NCBI RefSeq assembly: GCF_009914755.1
Contig: NC_060931.1
Length of the DNA: 64,000 nucleotides
Direction: 5' to 3' (one strand)
Source: the human T2T-CHM13v2.0 reference genome, Homo sapiens
Part shown: positions 50,372-64,000 of the stretch, piece by piece
Numbering within the stretch: the stretch's first letter is position 1
How the letters are laid out: every line of letters begins with the position of its first letter
Made by a program: the position numbers and the translations under genes
The notes under the pieces: model-generated
Seen by the model: the letters and a program-made list of their open reading frames with translations, nothing else
Database searches by the model: none
Told to the model about the DNA's origin: nothing

Positions 50372-51039
50372 TTTATGTTCTGCATAAACTGGGTTTGCTA
50401 AGCTAGGTCTGCTGACAGGGTCTTTAAATGAAAGGAGAAATAAGGGGTGTTTTCCTCTCCTTCCCTGTTCAGAAAGAGCAAGGGCCAGAAAAGGTGTTCT
50501 AGAATTTATCACCATCTAACCAAAGTGGCATAGAATTTACCTGGGTTATCTATGCATGCATTCACAATGCAGAAAATATCAATTTACAGTGGTTTCTGAC
50601 CACTCACCAAAGAGCTACAGTATATTACCAGATACACAGTATGTTACAGTACTAAAATTTCCTAGGGGGACAATTAGGAAAAATATCTAAAAATGCTTTT
50701 ACAGGAGAATAATGAAAAAACAAAGGTGGAGAAACACTGGTCTATTGTGATGAGGAAGCTTTAAAACCAGATTTAATAGTCTTAGTCTGCAGATACCCAA
50801 AAAAGACCAATTACTGAAAGCACTATGGCAATTACATCGAATTAGCATAGTTAACTCACTTCATCAATTAAAAACCTGAAAAACCTTTTTTTTATTCTTT
50901 CTCTGGGAATGGAAATGGTAATGACAGAAATATAAACAAAGGTTTGTGGACACAATGTCAAAACAGAATGAAAAATACAGAGTTTTATGGATGTCTACCA
51001 CTACCACCACTCCCAGAAAAGAAAATAGTTTGTCAAGTT

Positions 51040-51475
51040 TGTCACAGGTGAGTGGCAACTATCTAAGGCCAGTATCATACAGGCAGTAAAAGAATTTACC
51101 AAGAAAGTTGGAGGTAAAGAAAGGCAGATATATTAGAGAAGGAATGAAAATACGCTGCAAGACTGCAATTGGCAGCACAGCAAGAAGGGTCTGTCTGCAA
51201 AGAAACAATGGCTTGCTGGGGATTTTATAGAATGATACTTATGCTGAAGAGTGCTACATGCAGCACTGATGATGTCAAGGTTGCAGTGAGCTAACTTGAA
51301 GGTGTCTGGTGATAGCTAGGCGCAGGAAGATTGTGAATTTATGTATGTTATCTGTGCAGAAGGGCTATTTGTCATGGACCATGAAGAAAGGCAGACTTAA
51401 CAGCTTATCTGCTGTCTCTTTTTGCTTTCCCTTGGTCCTGCCAGCCTGATTCCTTTTCCTAATTAGGACTCCACA
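51040..51475 (-). mobile_element. ERV1 solo LTR, MER83/MER84-like
   Basis: TG...CA ends; minus strand starts TGTGGAGTCCTAATTAGGAAAAGGAATCAGGCTGG; subfamily from memory. Confidence 0.7.
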
Positions 51476-51493
51476 AGATTTCTTTCAATTAAT

Positions 51494-51634
51494 TTTTTTT
51501 TTAAGACAGGTCTTGCTCTGTTGCCCAGGCTAGGGTGCAGTGGTGCAATCATAGTTCACTGTAGCCTCAAACTCCTGGCCTCACTTCAGCCTCCCAAAGG
51601 GCTGCAATTACAGGCATGAGACATGCACCAGGCC
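51494..51634 (-). mobile_element. Alu monomer (FAM/FRAM-like)
   Basis: Single ~140-bp arm with T-tail. Confidence 0.7.
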
Positions 51635-52178
51635 AATTTGTCCAGTTTTTACTCAAATGAGTAAATGAGTTAACTACATTAATTCAATATAATTGCCACA
51701 GATGAGCCACTCCTATTCAATTAGAAATATGAGTGATTACAATAAGAAATGCAAATCAATAAAGAAGCAAGAACACAGATGAGACTCTTATCAAGAGGGT
51801 ATATAACCTTTTTTGTTGGGTCTCCCAGTTTTTTGGATCCTCAGTATTCTGATAAAAACAAGTAGCTGGTGAGAAATGCTGATGAACAGGAACAAATATC
51901 CTAATTTGTAAACAAAGCCCATGAAGCTGCTGAGACTAAAAAACTCAAAGGCTTTGCATCTGTGTGTTTTAGACCTGGAAGATTTATACATTGTTTTTTC
52001 TGGGTGAGGTCCATGCAGATGAAATAGGGTGACAAGAGGAAGGGAAAGTGCCCAGAGGAAAATTACCACCTACCCAAGGGACCTAGAAGCAATAGCAATA
52101 CATTTGCTAAATACAGCATGTACCTAGCTTAGATAAACAAGGGCAACCAACAATAAGCAGAAGGCCTGGAAATTGTAA

Positions 52179-52618
<440 letters not shown>

Positions 52619-52815
52619 TGAATTCTGAGTTTTAAATCTTTCATTTGTAAACTAGGATTAATTCCTACTTGCAAGATTGTTTTGAGGATTAAATAAGAAT
52701 ATAGGCACTGCAAAGTACCAGTGTCTAATGTATGCACTTGGCAAATGGGAGTTTAAATAAGCAGAGGGGTGAAAGTTTAAAAGGATGAAACAGAAAAATA
52801 AAAAGTGTTACTAGG

Positions 52816-52835
52816 TGTGTGTGTGTGTGTGTGTG
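52816..52835. repeat. (GT)10 microsatellite
   Basis: Pure dinucleotide run. Confidence 0.85.
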
Positions 52836-53201
52836 CTTACATATATGTGTGTTTACTTTGTAAAATTTATCAAAGCCCACCTTATAAAGGATAGTGAGAA
52901 TATGGGTTAACTTAGCTAAGGGGGTGAGAAGGAAAATTCTTAGCTATAAGGGAAGATGTAAGCAAGTGTAAGTGCCTGCCTGACCATTACTAAAGAAGAG
53001 AACCAATCCCAGCAATAACTAAAAAATAATAATAAAAATTGTAGAAGGTCTTGCCAGAAAAGATAAAAGAAATTGATGGCTCTGAGGATTTCTTAGTACC
53101 TGGCAAAAGGGGTGTCTTCTGCAGAGTTCTAGACTGGAAATTTTTTTGCGGAGTTGGATTTTGAGTTGCTATATAAAAAATAAATGCAAAACGTTGTGGT
53201 A

Positions 53202-53622
53202 TGTGTTAGTCCATTTGGGCTGCTTAGTCCATTTGGGGCTTCTGTTTATAAGCCACAAAGTCCCACAGACTAGGTGGCTTATACACAACTGAAATTTATT
53301 TCTCACAATTCTGGAGCTTGGGAAGTTCAAGATCAAGATACAGGCAGATTTAGTGTCTGGTGAGGGCATGGTTTTTAATTCACAGACAACTGCCTTCTTG
53401 TGTCCTTACATGGTGGAAGGGGTGAGAGAGCTCTCCAGAGTCCCTATAAGGCATTCTGGGCACTCCATTTCATTATAAATAAGGACTAGTTCCATTCATG
53501 AGGGCTCTGCCCTCATGACCTAGAGACCTACCGAAGACCACATCTCTTAATACTATCACATTGGGGGTTAAGATTCCAATATATGAATTTGCGGGGAGAG
53601 CACAAAGATTCAGTCTATAGCA
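53202..53622 (-). mobile_element. MLT1A/MSTD-like MaLR solo LTR
   Basis: tgtgttagtccattt...aaatttatttctcacaattctggag...ttcatgagggctctgccctcatgacc...attcagtctatagca. Confidence 0.82.
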
Positions 53623-54784
53623 AACACCCTCTCCAAAAAGAAACATTAGCAACTAATAAGAGGTAACTTCTGAGCAAAGATTTATTAAACAATGCAAGTG
53701 CTTTAAGAATATATATGAGAACCTGCAATCTATTTTAAATTGGCAAGAATATAAGGAGTATCACATAATGTATATGTCACCAGCACCCATAAACAAGGAC
53801 TGAGCAATATGCTGTATGAGTGTATTAATACCACATGATTGTAAAATAAATATAGAATGATTGTTTCATGCAAGAAAGAAGTTTATAGCCTTTTTAGAAG
53901 CGCCAGTAGAACAGAAGTCAGATTTGCTGTGTATTAGGTCAAAGAATATAAGTATAATAATTCATTTGACTTTTCAAAAAATAACAAGTGGTGTATTTTG
54001 GAGATCCAAACAGTTGTTCCATATTTGATATAAGAAGAGCAAAGTTTTTAACTTGAGCTTTTCATCTAACTTGTCTTTATAATTGAGTTTTACCCTAGTG
54101 CTGATGTAGTATTTATTATCTTAAGTATAAGGGGGAAAAAACAGCTTGTTCATGCTTCCATTTGTGCTCATGGAGCAACAGCAACAGAGAGAACACTCAG
54201 GTAATGGATTAGCATCCAAGGGATCTGGGGGGATGGTAAGTTATGCACATTGATTCCTTCTGAAATTCTGTTTTGTCTTCTATGACTTTCAATTTAAATT
54301 ATTATCTTTACCATGGTTGTATTACGGATTTCTTATTCCCAGGTTTTCATGTTCACTGGAAGGAAAAACCTAAATAAGTCCCAAATCCTTATTCCAATAT
54401 CACGGCCTTTGTGTATAACTCTCTGAAATGCTAGAGGAACGTGCTCAGCAGTCAGGCCTCATTTCAGTCAGGGCCTTAGTGTGGAGCAGCTTCCCATGAA
54501 AGTTTTCCTGTAGCTTTTGTTACATTTTGCATCCAAATTTTCTGCCATCCTATTGCATAAGAGTCAAAAATGTATACATTTAAATTCAGACATATAAGAA
54601 CAACAAAACAATAGCTTTTATTATCTATACCTGATAATATCTTACATTAGATCTCCCTTTCCCACATAGTAGCAAGAAAAAGTCATAAACTTACCAATTA
54701 AAGTTAACCATTTCTCTTTCTTTTCATCAAGTTTTGGAGAAGTAGACTTAGATTTTTTTGGGTTTCAGTCAAAGTTTAAAATCC

Positions 54785-56086
54785 TATAAGGAACAAAAGC
54801 ACAGACAATAAAAGACAAAATAGGTAAGTTGGACTTCATCAAAATTAAAAACTCTTGTGCATCAAACGGCACTGTCAACAAAGTAAAATGTCTACCCACA
54901 GAATGGGAGAAATATTTCCAAATCATGTGTATGATAAAGGAGTTGAAAACGTATGTCCACACAAAAACCTGTACATGGATGTTTACAGCAGTTGTATTCA
55001 TAATTGGCAAAACTTGGAAGAAACCAAGGTATCTTTTAATAGGTGAATGGGTAAAATACATTATGGTACATCCAGATGAAGGAATATTATTCAGCACTAA
55101 AAAGGAATGAACTATCAGGCCATGAAAAGACATGGAGGGAATGTAAATACTTATTACTGTATCTGATAAGGGATTAATAGCCAGAATGTATAAAGAACTC
55201 CTACAACTTAATCAAAAAAGACCGATATTTTAAATGGGCAAATAGCTTTAATAGATATTTCTCCAAAGACATAAAATTGGCCAATAAGCAGGTGAAAAGA
55301 TTTTCAACAACACTAGTCAATAGGAAGATGCAAATCAAAACCATAATAAGGTACCACTTCACATACAGTATAATTGGTATTATTTTTTAAAATGGAAAAA
55401 TAACAAGTGTTGGCAAGGATGTGTAGAAATTGGAACACTTGTGCATTGCTGGTATAACTGTAAAGTGGGGCAACTACTGTGGAAAATGATACGGTGATTC
55501 CTCAAGAAATTAAACACTGAATTACCAGATGATCCAGCAATACACTTCTGGGTATGTATCCAAAAGAAGTGAAAGTAGGGACTTGAGCATCCATGTTTAT
55601 AGCCACATTATCCACAATAGCTAAAAGGTGGAATTAACTGAAGCATCCATCAATAGATGAATGTATAAGCAATATATGGTATGCACATACAATAGAATAT
55701 TAGCCTTTAAAAAGAAGGACACTTTTACACATGCCAGGACACTTTTACACATGCTACAACATGGATGAACCATAACCTTGAAGACATGCTAAGGAAGCCA
55801 GCTACAAAAGGACAAATATCGTATGATTCCTATTACGTGCGGTTCCATGAGTAGTCAAATTCATAGAGACAGAAAGGAAAATGATGGTTGCCAAGGGTTG
55901 GGGAGAAAGGAGAATGGGGAATTAGTGTTTAATGGACATAGAGCTTCAGTTGGGGAAGATGAAAAAGTTCTGGAGGTGGATGGTGGTGATGGCTGCACAA
56001 CACTGTGAATGTACTTAATGCCACAGAACTGTATACTTAATGATTAAAATGGTACATTTTATGTTATATATGTTTTACTGCAAAAA
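54785..56086 (+). mobile_element. L1MB-type LINE-1 3' part with an embedded foreign L1 segment
   Basis: ORF2 remnant (LDFIKIKNSCASNGTVNKVK..PTEWEK.F) and an L1MB-like 3'UTR 'ggggaagatgaaaaagttctggaggtggatggtggtgatgg'. Confidence 0.85.
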
Positions 56087-57344
56087 TGACCCTATCAAAG
56101 CAGTTTTCCCCAGCATCCCCTCGCAGGACAGAATTTAGTTATCCTCATAGCTTTGGTGCAAGGCCCTTGGTTTACACGCTGACATCAGCTGGGGTACTTT
56201 GACCTCAGGAAGCTCCGTCCATACTGCCTCCAGCATTGTAATATCTGTAATCCGTTCTGTCAGGGATTGCTCCCAGAGAGCTTGCCCTCTTCCTCTGATG
56301 AATAGGCCCCCACCTCAGCCATCAGGCCTTACATGTCCCCTGAGGTCAGCTGCAACCTCTATTCATTCACCAATTTAGAAGTCTACCCTTAATTCCTTGA
56401 CTGTAAGGTCACTTTACCCTTTGTTTCAGTGACCACCCCTGGGAAGCCCACCATCCAACAACTCTAGGCATCTTTCACATCCTTCATATGTGAGAACCAT
56501 GCAGAATCTACAGGCTGTATGGAAACAAGAGGAGCTGCCTTGAGCCCTCTCTTGGCCATACCGCCATTTTATTTTCTCTTGTTTCTTCCCAATATTGGCT
56601 CAAAGATGACCAGCAAGCAGAGTACTGGTCCCCTTTATTTTTGGCCTCTCTCTTAGCCTACCTGAAGTTTCCTTAACGTCTCCACTCACCCACGCCCCAA
56701 GGTCAAGAGCCAGATTAGTGGAGCCACTGTGTTCTTGAGAAATCCAGTCAAGGTCGTCACTCTTCTTCACTCATTGCCCATGGATCTCTCCCTCTCCTGA
56801 TCCCACCAGCATGAAGGGCTCTCTTCTTCCCTAGTGGGTAAGGAGTGCATGTGACTTCCTATATGACATATCTTGCAAGCACAATCAAGTCATCTGTATT
56901 CTGTTTATTTGTTGAGTCTAAAAGTTGGAAATGTCTGAACTGCCTTTTCATTAATATGACTTGCAAATAGGCTTTTGTGTTGGGCTGCATAGTATATTTG
57001 CTTATATTTCCCTTTCTATGGGTGACTCAGAGAAGAGTATTTTTAGCATTGTAGTTAATGGATTCACTTTTCTTATATTTCCATCCATCAGTTGTTTAAA
57101 TTCATGCCATATTTTAGGTTGCAATTTTGATTTTTCTAGTTTTAATTACCTTTTTGTCTTGCATTATTTATTATGTCCTCAAGCATTGATCGCAGTATCT
57201 ATTCTGTCCAATTGCTTTCTTTCCATAGAGCCCTTCATCCTCTTCTCCCTAACTGTACCAATTTATCTCCAGGCCTGCTGCATATTCAGTAACCAGGGAC
57301 CTCCTTTTACTGCTCTACTGGTTAGGATCTATTGTTTCAGGATC

Positions 57345-58200
57345 TGACACCTTCATCTTTCTTTGTTTACACTTTCATTTTGCTGAAAAATATCCTAAGA
57401 ATAGACATATGGGTGGTAAACTTTGAGTCTGTATGCCTGTGTCTTTACTATGCCCTCTCGCTTGATGGATAATTTGTCCAGGTATAAAATTCGGGAATGA
57501 AAATCATTTTTTCCTTAGAATTTTTAAGGAATTGCTGTATTGTCATCAAGCATCTAGTGTTGCTGATAAGCCTGATATCAGTCTGATTCTTGTCTTTTGT
57601 GGGTGAATTTTTTTCTCTCTAGAAGCTGTTAACATTATAGTTGACCCTTGAACAATGCAGGGATTAAGGGCACCAACCGCTCTCCCCACGCAGTCAAAAA
57701 TCCACATACAACTTACAACTCCCCCAAAAGTTACTACTAATAGCCTATTGTTGGCCAGAAGCCTTAACACATATTTTGTATGCTATATGTATTACATACT
57801 ATATTCTTATAATAAAGTAAACTAGAGAAAGAAAATATTATTTAAAAAATTATAAGGAAGAGAAAATATATTTACTATTCATTAAGTGGAAGCAGATCAT
57901 TCTAAAGGTCTTTATGTTCGTTGTCTTCACACCGAGTAGGCTGAAGAGGACAAGGAAAAGGAGGGGTTGGTCTTGCTGTCTTGGGAGTTGCAGAGGCGTA
58001 AGAAAGTTCATGTATAAGCGGACCTGCAGAGTTCAAACCTGTGTAGTCCAATGGCCAACTGTACTTTCTTATCTTTGAGGTTCTATAATTTTATAATGAC
58101 ATACATAGGTATTGTCTATTTTTACTCATCCTACTCAGCATCTAATGAATTATTTCAGTCGAAAAATTTGCATCTTTTAGCTTTGGGAAATTCCATATTT
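57345..58200 (-). mobile_element. Old L1M ORF1-region fragment, split by Tigger2a
   Basis: 'ggtataaaattcgggaatgaaaatcatttttccttagaattttt', 'tctagtgttgctgataagcctgat'. Confidence 0.6.
57638..58061. mobile_element. Tigger2a (MER28-like) DNA transposon
   Basis: TIR (t/c)agttgacccttgaacaa ... ggccaactg with TA on both flanks; ~425 bp. Confidence 0.85.
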
Positions 58201-58231
58201 CTAGGAACCCTTTTTTGTTCTGATTCTTTTT

Positions 58232-58570
58232 TAAAAAAATTTATTATACTTTAAGTTCTGGGATACATGTGCAGAACATTCAGGTTACATAGGTATACAT
58301 GTGCCATGGTGGTTTGCTGCATCCATCAACCTGTCATCTACATTAATGCTAATGCTATTGGCATTTCTCCTAATGCTATCCCTCCCCTAGACCCCCACCC
58401 CCTGACAGGCCCCAGTGTGTGATGTTCCCCTCCCTGTGTCCATGTATTCTCATTGTTCAACTCCCACTTATGGTGAGAACATGCAGAGTTTGGTTTTCTG
58501 TTCTTGTGTTAGTTTGCTGAGAATGATGATTTCCAGCTTCATCCATGTCCCTGTAAGGGACATGAACTCA
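58232..58570 (-). mobile_element. L1PA 3' end (~340 bp, 5'-truncated)
   Basis: 'ttattatactttaagttctgggatacatgtgcagaac'; perfect 17-bp TSD ttgttctgattcttttt at 58215-58231 and 58571-58587. Confidence 0.93.
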
Positions 58571-59399
58571 TTGTTCTGATTCTTTTTATGGCATCCTGTT
58601 CTTGACTCTTCGGAGGATATTAATCAGAAGTTCATCTGTGTGCCAGGAAAAACACATACGAGTGTGTTTTGTTTTATAATTCTCTTCTCTGCATTATTTT
58701 GGATTCCTTCAGTGTTGTTTTTTCTATTTATCTTTCTGGTTCTTGCTCTTGTCACAGCTTTCCTCAAATATCTACTAATCCTTAATTTTCCACTCACGAT
58801 TCAGAATAAGGCAAAAATAAGCTCATGGTGAACCCTGCATATGTGAATAGGGCTTATTAAGTGGATGAACAGACTAAGCTGACCTTCAGAATAAGAAACA
58901 AAAATGCCAAAAAAGGAGAAGCTTTTCTCGTAAATTAAAGGCCAGTGCCTATACTGATTGCCTTAATTCTTCCCAAACAATTTGTTCCATTTCTTTGAAG
59001 AAAGCTCTAATAATTTTGCCTGCAACATGCACTCTTAACTAATTGGCATTAGGCACTTGGAGGAGAATGGGGCAATGGCTCCACATAGACACCTTCAATT
59101 AACCCCTACTTTCTACTCATATCACATCTTGAATTTTACCTGGCTTCTTTGGTGTTCTGAGGTAGGATCCCTCTTTCTCCCTGGCGCCTTATTGCATATT
59201 CTGAGCTGTGGCCTCTTCCACATTGTTTCATCATTTACTGCTTGTCTAACTGTTCCCATGCTTCAGGAAAATCCTGGAAGGTCCCAGCTGTCAATAACAA
59301 TCCTCCCCTCCCATCTACTGTCCTGTTTGTTGTGGGATTATATCTCTTTTCTGATATTGTCAACTTAATTTGAATATCCAAAGAACAATGAAATAAAGA

Positions 59400-60250
59400 T
59401 TTCTATTTCTTCTAGATGATTTTTTAACTTCAAGTATCTATTTAATTTCCAAATCTTTTGTGGTGGTTGTTATCTTTTTATTGTTTATTTCTGGTCTTTT
59501 CAAATCAAGATGTAGCTTTTAAAAGCACAACTTTCATGAATTTATTTAGGCTTTTTATCACCGAACTGATGTTTTTAACTGTTCTGTGGACTCAGATCAT
59601 CCATTCTGTTTGTAGGATACAAATTATACAAATGTCAATTAACTTGACCTTGAAGATTATATTATTCAAGTCCTTTAGCATGTTTATTTTTAGAGTACTT
59701 TATCTAACAAATTTCAAAAAAAGTTTATTAAAATCTTCCACTGTGTTTTTAGCATCTTCTCCTCATATTTTTAGCCAATTTTGCCTCAGTCTGCTATGTT
59801 TGTGTAAAACCTAAGAGCACAAAGGTTTGTGGTTTATTATTCTCATGGATATCATCTTTTGTCAGTAGCTAAGCTGCTTAAATGCTTTTGACTTTGAATT
59901 CTGCCACTCTTGCTTCCCTCGTTTGCATTACCTAGGTTTATCTTCATCTCTACCCTTATTTTCAGTCTTACTTTGTCTCTTTATTTTAGTTATGATTCTC
60001 ACCAATGTATAAGTTGCATTTTGTCTAACTGAATATGACAATGTATTTTGATAGGGAAATTCAACCTTTTCATACTTGTTGTGATAACTAATATTTTTGA
60101 ATTATTTCTTTCATTTATTTTATTTTAGGTTTACTGTTTAACATACTTCATTTTTTTCTTCTTTCTTCTCCTTAATTTTCTGGCTTGGTCAGCTCTCTCT
60201 TCTTTGCATTTTTGCCCTGTTAATTCGGAAGTGCTGATCAATTGCTTTCA
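59400..60250 (-). mobile_element. Very old L1ME/HAL1-like fragment
   Basis: T-rich text with L1-like words ('ttaaaatcttccactgtg', 'gctttgactttgaattctg'-like); highly diverged. Confidence 0.45.
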
Positions 60251-60433
60251 ATTCTTCCTGGGCTTACCTTAGCTCCCCCACAGTTGTCATCACACTTGTA
60301 TTTCTCTTTTAATATATCACAATAAACAGTGTCTTCCTACCAAGATATTTTATTTGTCTACTCATCTACCATTTCACTTTCATGAAATTTTTAAGCTGCT
60401 ATAAGTTCTCCTATCCTACATTATCCCCTCTTA

Positions 60434-60632
60434 CAGTGGTGTGCTAGAGCTGATTTAGACTAATCCTTATCTCTCCCAAACTGTGTTCAATGATATTAAT
60501 ATCATCTTGTAATTTGAAGCTGGCCATGGTGGAAATGATTATACTATGAAAATTGAAAAACACTACAAAGCAGGGCTTTGTATATTGTTTTTTCATAGCA
60601 CCAGTTGTTAATCATTTAATAACACAGCACTG
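60434..60632. mobile_element. MER63-like hAT-Blackjack element
   Basis: Termini cagtggtgtgct ... aacacagcactg; 'gccatggtggaaatgattatactatgaaaattg'. Confidence 0.6.
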
Positions 60633-60985
60633 CCTTTCTACTTCCATTAAAATTTGTGAGTTTTTCTAGACTGCTTCAAAATTTTAGTTCCGGGATATTA
60701 TTTTCCCTTTTAGTATGTGTTTTGTCTCAAAACTTGATAACATATTAACCAGTCCTAGTCATATGAGTATTCATTCAGTTTTAACCATACATTTTACAGG
60801 ATTTATTGTTTATGAGTGATTAATTATACTTTTGGTCTTCTATATTTTAAAATATCTTTTCTTTCCATTTCCATGAGGATAGAGTACTTTTTTTTTTTTT
60901 AGTACTTCCCTCACAAATGATACAAGAGTGATTCCTGCATATCCAAAAGTACCTTTCTTGCCCTAGCAGGCAGGTGATATCTTAA

Positions 60986-61298
<313 letters not shown>

Positions 61299-64000
61299 AC
61301 TAGCCAGAATTCTTAAAAATCTTCTCTCAGGAGACTATAGATAATGTCCTACTTCTTCTCCTTTCCAGTATCACAAATAAATGGGCTGTGGTTAATCACA
61401 TTTCTTTTCCTTTAATCTATTTTGTTGTTGTCATTGTCATTTTCTATGTGGGAACTTAAAAGATTTATTTCTTAAATATAAGAAGTTTATAAATTTTACC
61501 AAGCTATGGCAGGTAGGTAATTTTTTTCTTTAATATCACCTGCATTTTGGTAACAATTGTTTAATATAAAAACTTAAGTCTATCTTCAGAGAAATTTTCT
61601 TTTTTTAAAAGTATTCCTTTTCTCTTCCTGGAGCTCTTAATATTTACATTTTAAGTCTCTAGCCTCCAAATATCTTGTCTTTTTCCTCATTTCCTTGGGA
61701 TTTTGTTCGTTATTTGTTCTACCAGGTCTTCCAAACCACTATGTCATTTCTCAACAGCAGCCATCATCTTCAGTTTGAGGTTTTGTAAACTGAAGATTGT
61801 GTTTAGCTCTAGGAAGGCTGGTGTATTCTAACTGCATCTCCTTCAGGAGCCTTAGTATTTGTTAGAGTTCTCTCCCCCTTCTTTTTTCAGTTCTATGAGT
61901 AGGAGTCCCCAGGTCCAGTTCAGCTGTTCAGCGTTACCTTCTCTTGGATCTCTGATTCCTCTTAAAGGAATTGTAATTTTTTTTGCATCTTCATAGTTTA
62001 GTTACCTTTAGCACCTGTTCAGTCAGGACTCTAGGGTTCCCCAGGCCATGAGGTTGAGCATGAAAATTTCTGCTTGTGTCAACTGATAAGGAATTGAGCT
62101 GTCAGTCCCCACACTGAGGCAGACAGAGGCCTCTTGGGGAACAGGTGGCAGTCATTCCCCACTACCGGAACTGGGAGTAGATCAGCCTAGCAAAGTATCT
62201 CTCCTTCAGATGAGTGGGGTCTGGCAGCTCCTCACAGAAGCATAGGCAGCTCATGCAAACAGGACTCTACTTGTCAGACCCCCTCCAGGAACAAGATATA
62301 TTGAGTCTTTACCCCTAGTTCTCGTCCCTCTTCCCCAACACCATAAGGAGAAAAGACCTTGACTCTGAGGTTGGCACATGCCCTCCAGGCTCTGCCAGCA
62401 GCATCATTTTGTTCATTGTGTTACCAGAGGAGGAATGTGAAGAAATGAGCCAGGGACACATTCTCAGGCCTCCATCTTCTAATACAATTTTTGGTGGCAT
62501 ATCAATTGACTATTTTATGAGCCCACAGTCTGACCCTATTTTATGGTTATAATAGCCACTCATCATCATCTGACCACACCAAATGTAGGCATGATACTTA
62601 CTGTCAGCACAAAAATTCCAGGGCATCACCTGCTGCCAGCCAGTGTCACCACCGAGAGGTGAACCAGAAAAGGATATTACTCACAAGCCTCTGACAAGGA
62701 CACTGACTATATGGTGTCTAGCTCTGGCCGATGACTCAGCATCCCTCATATCACTGGGTAAGAGGACCACCAGCACCTCTCTATATTGTTGAAGCTGGAC
62801 AAGTCCAGCCAAATGAGCAATATTCTCAATTTCCTGGCCATCAAAGTCCTACATGCAAGACAGTTGTCGTCCATAATGTAGATTTTACTCTAGGCTGAGG
62901 CAGAGCCAAAATTTAAGTTCAGTAAAGATTGCATCTCAAAATCACACTGTTGGAAGATACATGCCCAACACCCTCTCCCCTAAGTATCAGAACTTACTGC
63001 AGTTGGTTGGTAAAATTTTCAGGTATTAACTATTCACTGGAAGTCAGTCTTCTGGTTGGTGGGGAATGTTTCACAAAATGCCTTATAACAGCCTCCTCTT
63101 TTATTAGCCCTTATATGGGAAAAGGTTTTCTTTGGTCAATTGTATGGGTGATATTTGTCTCCATGATGGCATTTTAATGGTCAGCATTGATGTTAATATT
63201 ATCCCAGATTAAGTGGCTCAGCCACAGTTCCATTCTTTGCACATTCTTATCTGCAATTGTGACACTCCAGGGGAGAGAGGGAGGAGGATAATGACTACAA
63301 GACCTGATGCCCAGCTAGCCTAGTGTATGTCTGGCCAATATCCTGGTCCCTCAGTGTATGACAATGAGAAAACAAAAAGAAGCCTTAGATCTTCATTCTA
63401 AATTTGACACCAAACATTCAACATCCTGGGAGTGCCAGAGGGGCAACTGCATCATCACTCAACCACATCTAAAGCACCACCTCAAGTCAAACCCAATATA
63501 CGAATGTGTCTGACAGCAGATGGATGGAGACCTAGATTCATGCTCCATTAGGCTTAATTCACTCCAGAGCTCACCAATTCCCAGGGTACATAGTGTTCAG
63601 TCAGGTACAAGCCAGGAGCTGAGGTTTTCTAACCATCCAGTTCACTGAAAAGTATATGTTGTCAGTCTAGGACTGTGTCAGCCTGAGATGAATAAAACAA
63701 ACACCATCATTACCCCCAACCAGGCTTGGATACTTACTGGTCAAGTTTGACCTGCAAAATTGGGACCTTCTAGGAATTACCAGGGTGTACTGACCACTAA
63801 TCAGATGAAAATAATCAGTAATACTGAAGCAGTTTATATCCTGGAAGACAATACACTAGTCACACTTCAACTGGAACCTCAAGGAACTTGTTACCTTAAG
63901 GAGTTCAACCATCCCTGAGAGAGGCTCTGCTGGGACCACAAGGAGGATGTTTATTCTCTCCCTCTGACACGTGAGGAGTTTTAAATAGAGCTGGGCATCT

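Noticed and set aside
55716-55754. 20-bp tandem duplication (similar short ones near 14841, 32093, 35084, 53206)
   Set aside because: Ordinary slippage duplications with no shared motif or system
56961-59814. Hydrophobic 100-128 aa ORFs that look membrane-like
   Set aside because: T-rich antisense L1 or low-complexity DNA yields F/L/I/S-rich frames; non-ATG starts and no splice context

Overview
Primate genomic DNA, almost certainly human (an Alu carries all five AluYa5 diagnostic changes). It is AT-rich, CpG-poor and repeat-dense, and looks like intergenic DNA or the inside of one long intron. I found no spliced exon, RNA gene, CpG island or CRISPR-like array. The two large features are (1) a full-length, intronless EIF4B processed pseudogene (24098-27954) with poly(A) tail and 18-bp TSD, whose first 331 codons are still open, and (2) an LTR-less HERV-L/ERVL gag-pro-pol fragment (about 44355-48141) fused directly to a THE1-type MaLR internal region and 3' LTR (48142-50371). 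The rest is Alus, old L1/L2/MIR fragments, solo LTRs and DNA-transposon fossils (MER5, MER58, MER3, MER44, Tigger2a, MER63). Almost all ORFs in the supplied track are spurious or repeat-derived. Repeat subfamily names come from recalled consensus sequences, and boundaries of old elements are approximate. I cannot support a claim of a new biological system. The best leads are the ERVL-MaLR chimera, the truncated eIF4B reading frame, a young AluYa5 and the one-sided LTR orientation.
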